From the IMG/VR virus record IMGVR_UViG_3300021247_000307: a stretch of DNA of 37,640 nt; one strand, given 5' to 3'. The translations under genes were made by a program, and so were the position numbers. Of the stretch, positions 16,216 through 31,200 are shown piece after piece. Source of the DNA: an uncultured virus (IMG/VR IMGVR_UViG_3300021247_000307) (taxonomy: Duplodnaviria; Heunggongvirae; Uroviricota; Caudoviricetes). The notes under the pieces were generated by a model. The model was given only the letters and a program-made list of their open reading frames with translations. It was not told the origin of the DNA and did no database searches. The number at the start of each line of letters is the position of its first letter. The first letter of the stretch is position 1.

Positions 16216-19200
16216 ATGGCAGCACCTTCAGTAATAGAAAACGATAAAGGAACTCCTACATATATTAGTCCTACAGCAAAAGATAATTTTCAATTACCTT
16301 CTACTGTTAAACGTATTCCTGTTAATATAGGAACTAGTATTGAACCAAGTATGCCATTAAGTTCTGAATACTTAGAAGGTTATGCTTTTAATAGATTAGG
16401 ATTAAATCCTAAAACTCCTGAACAATATCAATATCAAGCACAATCTTCTTGGGATGCTTTTAAGAATGGATTAACTCAATTTGGTGCTGAAGCTATTCTT
16501 GGTACAGTAAAATCTGCTGCTACATTATTAGATTTACCGCAATATGTAAATATTGCAATGAATAAAGAAAAAGAATTTAATACAGTATTTGGTAGTTATA
16601 TAGATGAGTTAGCTGAAGGAGTTAGAGAAAGAAATCCTGTATTTGGTACTGAAGAAGTTGAGTTAGCTAATCCTAAATTCTGGGCATCATTACTTCCTGA
16701 TTTAGGAACTACTGTATCATTATTTGTTCCTACTGGAGCTGCTGTAAAAGGATTATCATTAATTACTAAAGGTATAATAGGTGCTAATAAAGCTGGAGGT
16801 TTAGCTGGTAAAGTAGCTAACCACATGTTAAAGAATAGAGAAACTTACAAAGGAGTTGGTGCTGCAATGATTTCAAGAACTATGGAATCAAGTCTTGAAG
16901 CTGAAGGAACACTAAAAGAATCTTATGAGAAATATCTATCTGAAGGATATGGTGATGAACAAGCTAAACAAATGGCTGGTGAAGATGCTAGAAATACTTA
17001 TGTAGCTAACTTACCATTAGTATTACTAGATGCTGTACAATATACTTCATTGTATAAAGGAATGTTTAATCCATTAAGAGGTGCTAGAGCAGCAGAAAGA
17101 GCATTAGCAAATACTACAAGTAATGCTATACTTAAAGCTGCAAGAGGTGTGTATAAAGTTGGTAAAGCATTATCTGGACCAGCAATGGAAGCTGGAGAAG
17201 AACTATTACAGTTTGGTATTCAGAAAGAAGCTAGTAAAACAGATTCATCTGTTAATACTTTATTAAATGCTATATCTAATCTTCCTAATTATGTATCAGA
17301 CCCAGAAGCACAGAAAGCTATGATTAGTGGTGCATTTGGTGGTGGTGTATTTGAAGGATTAAGTTATGCACAACGTAAACTATTTAAACAAGATGCTGAA
17401 ATAGATAATGATTTAGAAGCTGGTAGAGTTGCTGGAGCGCATTATAAATCTATGAAAACATTCATGGATATTATAGATGAAGATAGATTAAAAGAAGAAA
17501 AGTTAATAAATGAAGGTAAATTAAATCAATATATACCTAAAGCTGATAGTTTTTTAGAAGCTGCTAAACTTGATACTGATTCTTTTACTCCAGAAGATAT
17601 TGATAATTTAGTTAAATTAAAAGATGATTATTATACTAAATTAAAAGATTATACTAACAAAGGATTTAGTGGTGATATGCTCAACAAAATAGTTGAGGAA
17701 GATATGAAAGCTACTATATTTAGTAATTTAGAAGAAAAGTTAAAAGTTACTAAACCAAGTTCACCACAACTTACAGATAAAGAATTAAGACTTAAAGCAT
17801 TAAATTTACTAGAAGAAATGGAATCTGGTAATACTAATTTAATGAAGTCTAGTAAATTAAAATCTGCTGAAATAATTAAAGAAGTTAGAAAAGAAAAAGC
17901 ATTATTATTAGCAGAAATGCAAGCAGATTCTACTTTCGACCCAGTAAAATTAAATCGTAAAATTAAACCTGATTCTAAATATAGAGAAGCATTAACTGTA
18001 CAATCTAATATTGAAACTGCTAAAATACTAGCTAATATTGCTAATAATAAATTAGAAGAATATACTAATCCTGATAAACTTATTGATGATATCGAGATTG
18101 ATAAGATTATAGATAACTATGAAAATTTAGTTGACTATAAAGATAAGTTTACAAACTTTGATGACTATTTAGATTATTTAGATAAACTAAGTACTGAAGG
18201 TGATGAAGATTTAAATCTTGTAATTAATACTATTTATGATGATTTAATAGAAGATGCTCTAGCAAATAAAGAAGAAATAAATCCTAAATTAATAGCTAAA
18301 GTAAAAGATACAGATTTACTTGAATTTAATAAAAATAATTTTGCTGCTGACCCTAATGCTGAATATAATTCTGTAGTATCAACACCAATAAATGCTGAAG
18401 AATCTAATATATATCTTACTGGTAAAAAAGATATTGCATCAGGTTTAGTATTAGAAGATAAAAAAAGTAAAAAGAAAATATTAGTTCTAAGTAAAGATAA
18501 AAAAGGAATAAGAGTATTAAAAGATAATAAAGTTGAAGTAGTAAGTGAAGATTCACTTAATAATACTACAATGCTTGGAACTTATAGAACTGCTGATGTT
18601 AATAATACTAAATATATTGTAACAAATAAGGCTTTAATTAATGTTGCTGATGGTAGTATAAAAACTAATTTCAACAACTTAGCAGATGCTATAGAATTTA
18701 GAAGAGCTACATTAGGTATATTTAGTACATCATCTATTGCTAAAATAGAAGAAGATAGAAAGAATGAATTACAAAATAGTGATTTAAAAATTAGAGATGC
18801 TGAAAAGTTATATCCTAAAGGAGATATTATATTTATTACTACAGATGATAAAGTAACTATACATAAAAAGACATTAGGAATAAAACCATCAGAATTAAAA
18901 GAAGATAGTTTATATTCTTTTAAGTTTGTAAAGAATGGTAAAGAAGTTGATAGAGTATTTAGATATGATATTAAAGAAGGTTTAGTAAAACAAATTAAGA
19001 CTAATGGTACATTAATTGATGACCCTAATTATAAAAGAATAAATGATAGAGAGAATTATATTCAATATCAAGAATTAGATTATGCTGATAAAGCTGAAAG
19101 AGATTTTAAAAACATAAGTCTTATAAATAAAAAGTATGATGCTAAATATGTTGATGAAGTTGCTAATGGTAATATAAGTATTGAAAGTGCTTTAAAGATA

Positions 19201-22200
19201 TTACCTAAATTTAATACTAAACCTCATGATGCTGTAATTAAAGCATTAGAGGATAAATTAGATTTAAATGAAAACTATGATATTAGAACAGAATTAAATA
19301 AGAATTTAAAAGATGTAGATAGTAATTCAAAAACAGTAAATACATTATTACTAGAAAGAGAAAGATTAACTGCTGAAGGATTAGAATTATTAGAAAGTTT
19401 TACTCCAGAAGAATTAGAAAAAGAATTTAAAGATATTATATCAGATGATTATGAACCAATAGTAATTCCTGAAGGAAAAGCTATATCTATTACATTAAAC
19501 GATGGAAGTAAACTACAACTTACAAGTGGTACTGGAATTGTATTCTTGAGAAATAAGAAAACTAATAAGATTAAATTAAGTGTATTAAGTTTTGAAAATA
19601 CAGATAATGAATTAATAAGATTATCTATAGGACAAGCATTTGTAGAAAAAGTATTAGGCATTCCAGTTTATGATGCTAGTGTAGTAGTAATGGATGGAAC
19701 TAGTGTTACTGAAACAGATGTATCATTATTAAGTATATTTACTTATGATAATGTTCAAATGCCTTACAATTCAGGATATGATTATATTAATGCAAATACT
19801 GGATTATCAGATAAAGATAGTAAGATAGAAGATTTAAAAAATAAGTATGAAACATTAAATAATTATATTAAAGATTTAATAAATAAAGGACAAACTACTG
19901 TAGAACAATTAGCTAATGTAATTAAAACAGGATTATCAGCTATTGATAAGAATACAGATACTAATCTTACTAATGAAAGAAATAAACTTAATGAACAATA
20001 TAGATTACTTACATCAAATTCTAACATTAAAGATTTAGTTGTAGTAAATAAAAGTGATTTAACTAAAGCTAGACAAATAAGTCTTGATTTTACAGGTGAT
20101 ACTATTCAAAATGATAAAGTTGCTGATATAGAAAGAAGAAGACAAGAAGAATTAAATAAAGAAACTCCCATAAAAAATGAAAATATAACAGTAGATTTTG
20201 GCGGAGGTGTGTCTGTTAAATATCAAGTTATTACTTATAAAGATGGTAGTGTAAAAATTTCTACAGTTTCTGAAAAATCTAAAAGATATAGTAGACTATC
20301 TGATGAAGCTTTTAAAGACTATGCAAAAATAGATTTTGAATCAGATGCAAAAGGTATTACAAAAATAGAGGTGGTTAAAGACGATTATAATGATAAAGAA
20401 TCTCAAGAAATCCAGGCTGCTAAAGAAAAAACAATCAATGCTAAATATGATGCAGAATTAGCTGCTTTAGAAGAAGCTAAATCAAAAATAAAAAATAAAT
20501 ATAAAGGTAAATTTATTTATGCTACTCCAGGTTCAGGTAAAACAACTATAGCAAAAGAGTTAGAAGATATTATTGATACAGATGATTTAATGCTAAATGT
20601 AATGTTTGAATTACATCCTGAATTTGTTAGACTTGATAATGAATCTACACAAGAATTTATATTTAGATATGCAAAAGATTATAATAAAGATGAAATAGAT
20701 AAAATAGTTTTAGGTAGAGTAATGAATTTACTTGCAGAAGGTAAGACAGTACTTACTGGTACAAGAGCTTTTTTACCTAAAGTTAATTTTAGTTTTAGTA
20801 TTGATAATGAAAATGTAAGAAATAGATTAAAAGATAAGTTAGATAGTTTTAAAGCAGATGAAGCAATTAATCTTGCTAAAGAAATTAATGATTTAAGAAC
20901 TGAATTACTTGATAAAACAACTAAATCAAAAGAAAAAAATGCAAGACTAAAAGAAACTGATATAAATAAAAATTCATTCTTTGTAATGGATGGAAAAGTT
21001 AATCAGTATGCAGGATTTAATGTATTAATAGGAAAACAAGAAGTTCTAGCTAATGTTGATGCTAATAATAATGTTACTGTAGATGGTAAACTTCCAACAA
21101 AGAATAATATAGTTAAGATATTAAATAAATATAATGAAATAGATATTGATGATTATTACAGTAAACCTCCATTAGTATTAAATAATGAATTAAAAGGTTC
21201 TGTAATATACATGGATGAAGTAACAATGGATTTATTTTTTAATGGTAATAAAGAATTTGAAGATGCTGTAGATATAGAAAATATAAAAAGTAGTCTTAGA
21301 GATATAGGAGTTTATTTTTATGATGATATATTAAATGCTAATCCTGATACAGTAGATACTTTTATAAAAGAAATATTAGCTAATAATCAAGCTGTAATAA
21401 AAGTATTAAATACTGAGAATCCTGAACTAATAGATGGAGTTAAATCTAAAATGTTTAGAGTAAATCCTAAAACATTATTAGATTTTACATTAGATAAATA
21501 TAATATAGATAATGTAAAAGATGCTCAACCTTATGTAAAACAAGTTAATGATTTTACTACATCATTAAAAACTACTCCATCAAGTGAAGTAAGTAATTAT
21601 ACTGATTTAGTAGGTAGTTTATTTACTACTACACCTTTTACTGAAATATCAGATAGTTTTGCAAGATTAAAAGTATTATTAAATACAAAACTTCAAAGAT
21701 ATGTAAATACTTATAAAGAATATACATTAGAACCTGTACTTGAAAAGATAGAAGTTGATATAGATATTAATACTATTGAAGAAGAAGATACTTACATGCA
21801 AAGTGATTTGTATGAAACACAACCTGTAAAACCTGATAAAGCATATCCTACTTTTGCTACTGAAGCAAAGGCATCAGAACAAGCAGAAAACTGGTTAAAA
21901 TTATTTAATCAATATAAAGATACAAATTATACTATTGAAGATTTAAGTAATAAATATCTTAAAGCTACAGTAAATTCTGTTGTAGAATATTTATATATAG
22001 ATGCTAATACTATAATAGGTTTTATTAATATAAAAGGTGAAGATGTTCCTATTGGATTATTAGATACTCTTGAAAGAGTTAGAGAAAAGAAAATTAGATA
22101 TAATACAACAAATATTGCTCCAGCATATCTTGAAAAACTATGGAATATTATAAGAGAACAGAATTTAAGTGCTGGAGCTATTGTACAAACTGATACTACA

Positions 22201-25200
22201 AATTTTGTAGTAAGTAATATTCACTATAATGGTTTACATTCACAAAGAACAAATATAGGTAACTTAAGAAAACATGCTAAGTTTTCAACATTTGCAATAG
22301 TTAAATTAAGAGCTGACAACTTTGAAGTTGTTTATGGTAATGAATCTATATCTAGTACTGATATATTAAATTATAATGCAGTTAAATCTAAAATTGGTAA
22401 TAATGCTAGTCACTATTATATTACTGTAAAAGTATCAACTAATAAATATAAATTATTTCCAATTAGAATAGATGATTTAAGTTATGATGAAAATGATATA
22501 AAAGCAAATATTAATAAGATTAAAAATGATGAAAAGTATGTTAAAGATAATTTTTTTCATTTTGGTTTAATAAATAAATTAGCTAAATCATTAAAAGGTA
22601 ATCCAGATATTGATAATATATTAAAAGATGCTATATTAAAAGATCATGCTTTAAAAAATGTAGTAACTAAAGGAAAAGGATTTTGGTCAAATCCTAGTGA
22701 TGTTAATTCTTTAAATGTTAATATAGGAGTTAATGGTTATCTTAATACTAACTTTATAATTAATAGTAAAGAAAAAGTTGCTATAAAACCAACAGTTAGA
22801 AGAAAACCACCTCCAGCAAAACGTTCAAGAGCTAAAGGATTAGTAACAAGAAAGTTATCAAGAGAGAATGCTTTAAATAATCTTAAAAGAATATTACCTG
22901 AAGGTTATGATGTTAGATTCTATGAAAATCTTATTAAAGAAGGTAATGATTATTTATGGGGTTATGTATCAAAGAATATAATAGGACTATCAGACCAAGG
23001 TAGAATTGGTGAAGAATATCATGAAGCATTTCACGTTGTATTCAATGCTTTTATTAATCAAACAGAAAGAGAAAGATTATTAGGTCATATAAAGAATTAC
23101 TATAAATCAAGACTGGATAATAGTTATACAGATGAACAACTAAATGACCCAGACTTTGCTGAAGAATTACTAGCTGATTTGTATAGAGATTTTGCATTAG
23201 CATACGATGAACAAGGTAATAAAAGTTTATTAGACTGGATAAAAGATATTCCTAGTGCTATTATAAGATTCTTTAAAAGATTATTTAATCTTGAAACAAG
23301 TATTCAAAGAGATAAATCTAAACTAGATAAATTCTTTAAGTCTATTAGTACTGGTAAATTCACTAATAGAAATGCAGAATTTATAAATTCTTTTAAAGCT
23401 AGTAAAGCTACAACTTATAAAAATGGAACTGAAAAACAACAGATAGTAAATATGTTAAATAGTTTATCAGCACAAATGAATGTGTATGATTTAGCTAAAC
23501 CTGAAACTATTATTAATGATGATTTTCTTGAACCTGAAAAAAGTGTATTAACTAATTTAAATAATAAAAACTCATTAGTTAATGTATTTATTAATGAATT
23601 AAATAAAAAGTTACAGTTATCAGAAGATGAAGGTGGTTTTATAATGAATGATGAAAAGTTAGATGTAATTAGAAGAGTAGTAAGAGGATTAAGATTTGAT
23701 TTAGATGTTGAAAATATTGATAATGTATTAACTATTATTAAATTAAAAGAAACTCCTAAGTTTGGAGAAATACCATCTAGTATAATGGCAACATTTGCTG
23801 AACATGGTTATATGATTAATGATATTGATATAGAAAATGTATCAGAAATAGATTTTGATGATAGTGATGAAAAAAACTTACAAGATGCTTCTGAAGATGA
23901 TCCAGCTTTCGATGAAGAAGAACCTAATCAAAAAGAAAACTATCAAATAAAGAATTATATAAATCCACCACATCTTAAAATAAGAGGTGTAGCTAAATCA
24001 TTTTTATCTTTAATACGAAAAGATGAAGTTGATATGTTTGGATTTAATATTAACTTTAACTATAGTCCTCAAGAAGCTGCTAATAAATTCTTATTAGCAT
24101 TTGGAAATACTGATGACCCTATTCAATTAAAAGAAAAGATAGCTTTTAGAAATGAAACAGAAGAAAATAAACCAGAAGAGTTTAGAGATAATTTCTATAT
24201 AGATTTGTATGAACTTATAGAAGTACATGAAGTAATGCCAAAAGAAAAAGTGTATAACTCATTATGGGATACACTTGGTAAATTAGCTAAAGCTGATTTC
24301 TATAATGTAGTTGTATCTTCAGTTGGAAGTGATGTTAAGATTTCAAGAACAATGGCTAACCTTGATGATTTAAAATATAAGATTAAAAATAAGTTATTTA
24401 ATTTAGTTGATATACAAGAAAAGTTTGCAGAACAACGTAGTAATCTTCCTAGTAATGCTAATCTTGTTATACAATTTGTTAATACTATTAATATTGAAGA
24501 ATTAAATGCAGCATCAGAATTTGATGATTTATCTAATACCAATAAAAAAGCTATAGTAGCATTAATGAATTATATAGGATATAATGATTCATTTGAAAAT
24601 GAGAATTATAGTAGTATATACTCATTAAATTATAAAGGTGATTTAGTACCATTTTTAGCATTAGCTAAAAGACTTACTCCTGTAAATAAAGCTGTTGAGA
24701 TATATAAAAATAAATCTTTAATAGATATAATAAGTTCTAAATTACCATCTGATATATCTAGTACACATAAAACTGTAGATGGTAAATTATACTACGAATG
24801 GCAAGTTCCTAATGCTGTAAATAGAACTATTAAAGAATTAAATAAACCTGCTAATGAAAGAGAAATAATAAAAGATAGATTGTATGCTGATTTACCATTA
24901 ATGAATACAAACTATACTTTTAAGTATGAAGAAAGCAATGGTACAATAGATAAACTTACTGGTAAAAATAAAGAAGTATCAAACTATACAGCAAGAGATT
25001 TATTAACTGAAATAATAATAAGTGCGCAAGAAGGAAGTTTTGTAACTCCAGTATTGTCAGATTCTGGAAGACAAGTATATGTTGGAGGTATTAATTTTCT
25101 TAGTTATGATGATGCTTTAGCTGATTTAGTAAAATTAGCACTTATAGAAAATAATAGAATATTAACAAAAGGTGATAAATTTTTTAAGAATTATAATCTT

Positions 25201-28200
25201 AATCAAAAAGAATCATATATATTTCCAACTATAGATAGAAAACTGTTTCCAGAAGAAATAGTTACTTTTGAAGATTATACACCAAAAAATTATACTCAAA
25301 AGTATGGTGATTTAAAGAATGAAATAGAGAAAGTTATTAGTCAAAGAGCAGAAGAATTTAATAAAACATTGGCTAAAGAATTTATATACTTAGATAAAAG
25401 TATAATAACTAATACTATATTAACATTACCAAAAGAAAGTGAAACACAGCAACAAATAAATGAAAAAACATACAATAATGCTAAAACATTATATGCTAAT
25501 CATATACTAAATCATACACAATTAACTTATATATTATTAGGAGACCCTGCTTACTATAAGAACTATGAAGATTTAGTTAAAAGGTCTAAACAAATGATAT
25601 CTCCATCATCAATAGCTAATATATACAATACATTTGATATAAAAGTAAGTAGTAGAAATTATTATGATACAGATTTTACTGAAGATTTAATTTCAAGAAT
25701 ATCAGTATCTCAAGATATGAGAGTATCTATTAAAGCTGACGTTGAACGTGAATCTTTAAATAATGAACAATTAAAAGCATTAGGATTAGAAAAAGAATAT
25801 GAAAAGAATAATCTTACAGATGCTCAATCTTATATAGATGATATTGCTTACAGAGATAGATTAATTGCTGAAGGTACTTGGACACAATTACATCAGGATT
25901 ATATGGATATGTCAATGAATGGATTTCCAGCATCAAAACTTACTATAGAAAAAGCAAAACAATCTGGTAAATCAATAGAAGATATAAAGAAACAAAGTCC
26001 TGTAGAAGTTGTTAAACCTTTCTACTTTAGTATGATTAACTATGAAAAAAATGGAAGAGATTATTTAGTTCCATTTCAAAAGAAAGATTCAGAGTTTAAA
26101 ATATCACCATTCTACGGATTAAAGACTATCAATGGTATAAAGAATAGTATGTATAATCCTTATTACTATAAGTTATTAACTGAAGAATTTGGTTATACTA
26201 TAGAACAAGAAGTTATAGTAAATGGTGAAGTTACTAAAAAACATATTATAGGATTTGATAAAGAAAATAGAAAAGCTGATGTAGTATCATTTGAATCAGC
26301 TATTAAAGTATTTACTGATAAAAACCATATACAAAAAGTAGACCAACCATTTGATGAAACTAAAGTAATAACAGTACCATTTAAGTATTGGGGAAGACAA
26401 ATGGAAACTCCTAAAGGACATTTTAATAAAAATGTATCTCTTGGAACACAAATAAGAAAGTTAATTGTATCAAGAATTACTGGAAAAGATGTAACAATTA
26501 AAAGACAAAATGGAACTCAATCAACACCTAATGAATTATTAAAAGAATATAATAAATTATTAGTAGAAGATATTAAAAGAGGTGAAAAAAGATTTAGAAA
26601 ATCTATTGAAACTAATGGAGCTATTGATGGTAAAAAGATATTAAATCTTATTAAAGCTGAATTTTTAAGTAGAAAGAAACCACTACAATACTTAGAGGCA
26701 TTAGAGTTATTAAATAGTGGTGCTAGTTATAATGAATTAATTACTAGAATACCTATATCACATCCATTTCATTCACTACAAATACAAACTATACTAAATA
26801 GTTTACATCGTAATAAAGTTAGTAAGTTAAAGTTTAAGAATGGATTTAAATTAGCTAACGCATCTAGTGTAGGATTTGAAAGACAACCAAAAATAGTATT
26901 TAATAATCCTGCTAATCCTGAAGAAGGTATTAAACATTTTGAAGTCTATGCTCCAATACATGATACTAGATTGTATGAGTTTGTAGATGAAGTAAGTGGA
27001 TTAATTCCTAAAGAAAGAATGAGTGAGATAGAAACTAAATATCCAGGAATCTTAGATGGTGTAGTATATCGTATTCCTACTGAAGATAAATACTCCATGT
27101 ATAAAACTAAGATAATAGGATTTGTAGTAGATGAAGTAGGTGCTATATTTATGCCTGATGTAGCTACAACTCGTTCAGGATTAGATTTTGATATAGATAA
27201 AATGTTTGGTTTCTTTAAAGATGGTACAGAAACAACAATAGATGGTAAGAAATATATAGGACTTACTCCAGAACAATATGCTAAAAGAAGTAAGTATGCT
27301 ATAGATACTTTTGAATTTAATGAGGATTATAATGATTATCAAGCTCAAGTTATATCTGATAATGCTAAACTTGATATTATGATGGATGTATTATCATCAG
27401 AATATACTGTAATACCACAAATGAAACCTGGAGGATTTGAAGCAATGGAAGAACATGCTTTAGAGTTAGAATATATAACTATATTAAAAGAAGGTCACAC
27501 AAATAATTTAGGTGTAAAAGAATTATATGAATATGAAGAATTTAAAGAAAAATTAGATGATTTTAAACTATTAAGTAAATCAGTTAAACGTGAATTAGTA
27601 AAATCAAAAACAGAATTTTGGAATATAGTAAATATATCTAATACTATAAACAGAATGAATCTTGGTAAACAAGTATTAGGTCTTGCAGCTAATTATAATG
27701 CAATGTCTGCTGTTGTTGAAAGTAAAACTATAATTGAAAGACCTGGAAGAGTTATAAAAGGAGATATTAAACAAGCTATAACATATAATGGAAATAATTT
27801 ATTATTAAATCCAACATCATTATTTGATTTAGATAATAACTTAAAGTATGAAAATACTTCTATGCTTGTTGCAGCTTCTGCTGATAATGGTAAAACTCCA
27901 ACGTTAGAACCATTAGGATATGATTTAAAATCTTTTAACTTATACATGGCATTAACTGGATATGGATTTCCTAGAAGAATAATTGAAAAGTTATTAGTTA
28001 TAAATAATATACCTGATATTAAAGATTTTATGGATAACGTAAGAACTGAAAAGTTAGATACTGATATAACAGAAGATAAATTAGAATCTGTTTTATTTAA
28101 TCATAAAGCTGTTGAAGTAGAATCTATATTATATACATTAAATCATTTATTAAATTCAAAAAGAACTAAAGCTGTTGGTAAAAATATGTCACAGTTGTTA

Positions 28201-31200
28201 AAGAATTTAAAGATTGGTGATAGTGGATTACAGAGTAATACTTTTGATAACATGATGACTTCATTAGATTATAAAGAATATATTAAAAAATTAGAAAATA
28301 AAGCTAATTATTTTAATATTATAACAGATGAAGAATCATTTAATTATGAATCAACAAAGAAAATGTTTGAAGGATTAGATATTATTACAGATATAACTAA
28401 AATTCCTGTAGAATTTGGTGCTGTACTTAGAAAGTATAAAATAAAACCTGAATATTATCTTGATTTTTATAGTGCCGTATATGCTTATATTACTAGAAAT
28501 GAATATGAAGCATTTATGTCACCACAACAAGTAACAGACCCTAAACTTAAAGATAAAAAAGTACAATCTATATTAAATTCTGTTAATTACTTAAAGGATT
28601 TTAAAGAAAATTTTCCAGATAATCTATTTCTTAAACAATTAAGTCTTAATGATAATAATAAAATTATATTCACAGAACAAAGAAAGAAAGATGATTCATT
28701 GATTAATACTACAATGAATGATTTTGAAAACTTATTAAATTCTGATGAAGTAGTTGAAGTAAAAGATAAATATGATGGTAAATTTGTAAATATTAAAGTA
28801 TCTGATTTCGCTAATGATTTAGCTTATTATAGTATACAGGCTTATGGATTTGGTTATAACTATGAATCATTCTCTTATATTATACCTCCAGCATATTATG
28901 ATAATCATAGAGATTATGTAGAAACTGTAGATAAAAAGATGAAAGAATATATTGCTAATAACAATAGGTTTAATAATATATTTATCGAGTATGCTTTAAA
29001 TAATCCTAAGAATATAGAAGATGTAGGAACTCTACCTTTAGATTTAAGTCAAATGGTAAATAATTTAGTTGAATTTGGTTCTTTTGCTTATCAACCTTTA
29101 GATAATGGTAAATCATCTTTTAATAATATATTTTTGTTTAATAATAAAAGTTTTATAAAACTTGAAAATGAAATATTTGAAAATAAAACTCCTGATTTAA
29201 TATATAGAGTAGGTGATGAAACTATTGTAAAAGTATTTGAAAAGAATAATGAAAGTTTTTTTATTATAGCTAATATAAATAAACCAGAAAATATTGATTT
29301 TAAAACATTAAGTAATACTTTAGAAGGAGTAACTAAATCACATTATCCTAATGAACCTAGAAGTAAACAAAATAGATTAAAAGATTATGGATTGTTTACA
29401 CAAGAGTTTTATTTAAAATCATTTAATAAAGAAGGTATAAAGTTTGAACCAAAAGCAGCTAAAGAAATAGTTGAAAAAGGTACTGATACTCCAGAACTAG
29501 CTACTGTATTAAATACAGAAGTTTTATCTATAACTAATATATCGGAAGGTAAATCAGAGATAATTAGATTATTATCTGATATAAGTAAAACTACTGCTTC
29601 AAGTATTGAAGATGTAATTAATGGTAACTTTAAATATGATAATAAGTTTTTAACTAACTATACTAATGTTACATTTGATAAAACAACTAATGACATAACT
29701 ATTACTGAAAGAAATTATTTAGAACAAGAAGATCGACAAACATTATCAGATGTTATTCCAATGTTAAAGGAAATCTTAAATGATTATAATAAGAATAAAC
29801 AAGTTGAAGTAGAAACTTCTACTCAACAATCTGAAGTAATTACACCTCAAGTTAATCAAGATAAAATTGTTACTTACACACCAGTAGGTAAAACACAACA
29901 AACATATACTATTCGTGGTAGTCAAATATTTAATAAAGACGGTATTGAAGTATTTAAAGAAGATAGTAGAGACCGTAATAAGATATTTGCAAATCTCGCA
30001 ATACAAGAAAAGAGAGCTGTTATAGTTACTTGGAAAGATAACAAGTATGTAGTTAATAACAATAATAAAATCATATCTGTTAAAACTGGTGATATGATGA
30101 AATGGAGTCCTGAAAATGGAGATTATAAAGGAATTATAGCTGAAGCAAATAAATTATTTAAATCTCAACAACCTGAATCCAAAACTGAAGTACAATTATT
30201 ATCTAATAATAACAATAAAATATTAGTAAATAATGTAGATTATGATAAAATAAAATCAATATTAAATAATATAAACATTAGTACATTAGATAATTTATCA
30301 TGGTTTACTCCTAAAATTATAAAAAATTATACTGGAGATATAATAAAAGGAACTTATGAGAAAGCTATTTTTGAAACTAAAAAAGAAACTTTAATTAGAA
30401 TTATAAATGAATTAGAATCATTAAAAGGTATAAATAATGAATTAGATTCATCTTTAGATTATTTAATATCTAAAATTGTTGAAGATGTAAAATTAAATTA
30501 TATTGTAGATAATTATAAATTACCTAAAAATTATACTCTTAAAGATTTTAAAGATATAATACAAACTATAAGATTTACTATAAAACATAATTTTAGTTAT
30601 GCAAAAGAATTTAATGATAAGATAAAATACTTATTAGATAATATTACTATAAATCAAGTTAAATCTCAACAATCTGAATTTCAAACTGAAATAAATATTT
30701 ATGCTGGTACTAACGAGAATGCTGAATTAAGTAATTTTTATATTAGACCTTTTGAATTATCTAAAAATTTATTAGATTTTTTAAATAAACAAGGAAGTGA
30801 TTATTCTAATATTAATTATAAATCTGTAGAACAAGCTTTTCAAAATATTAAAGTATCTTATAATAATACAGGATTTAATGATACTTTAGATAAAGATATA
30901 CTTTCTACTACAGATGGAAGAGAATTAAGAAGATTAGGACAGAAAATAGATTTAGATGTAACTAAATGGAATAAAGATTCTTCATATATAATGAAAGAAT
31001 TAATGTTACAATCTTTTAGAAAAAATCCAGATGCTCTTGCTAAATTATTAGCTACAGGTAATGCTACTCTTACACATAAATATAATGGAGTAGAACAAGA
31101 TAATGGTAGATTCTCTAAAATACTTATGGAAGTTAGAGATGAATTAAGAGGAACTACACAACAAGATACAAATGATTACGAAACTGGTAATGGATTTAAT

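Noticed and set aside
29821..30690. CRISPR array interpretation of the ~30-nt direct repeats
   Set aside because: Only 2-3 imperfect copies, several hundred nt apart, in frame within a coding sequence and not palindromic.
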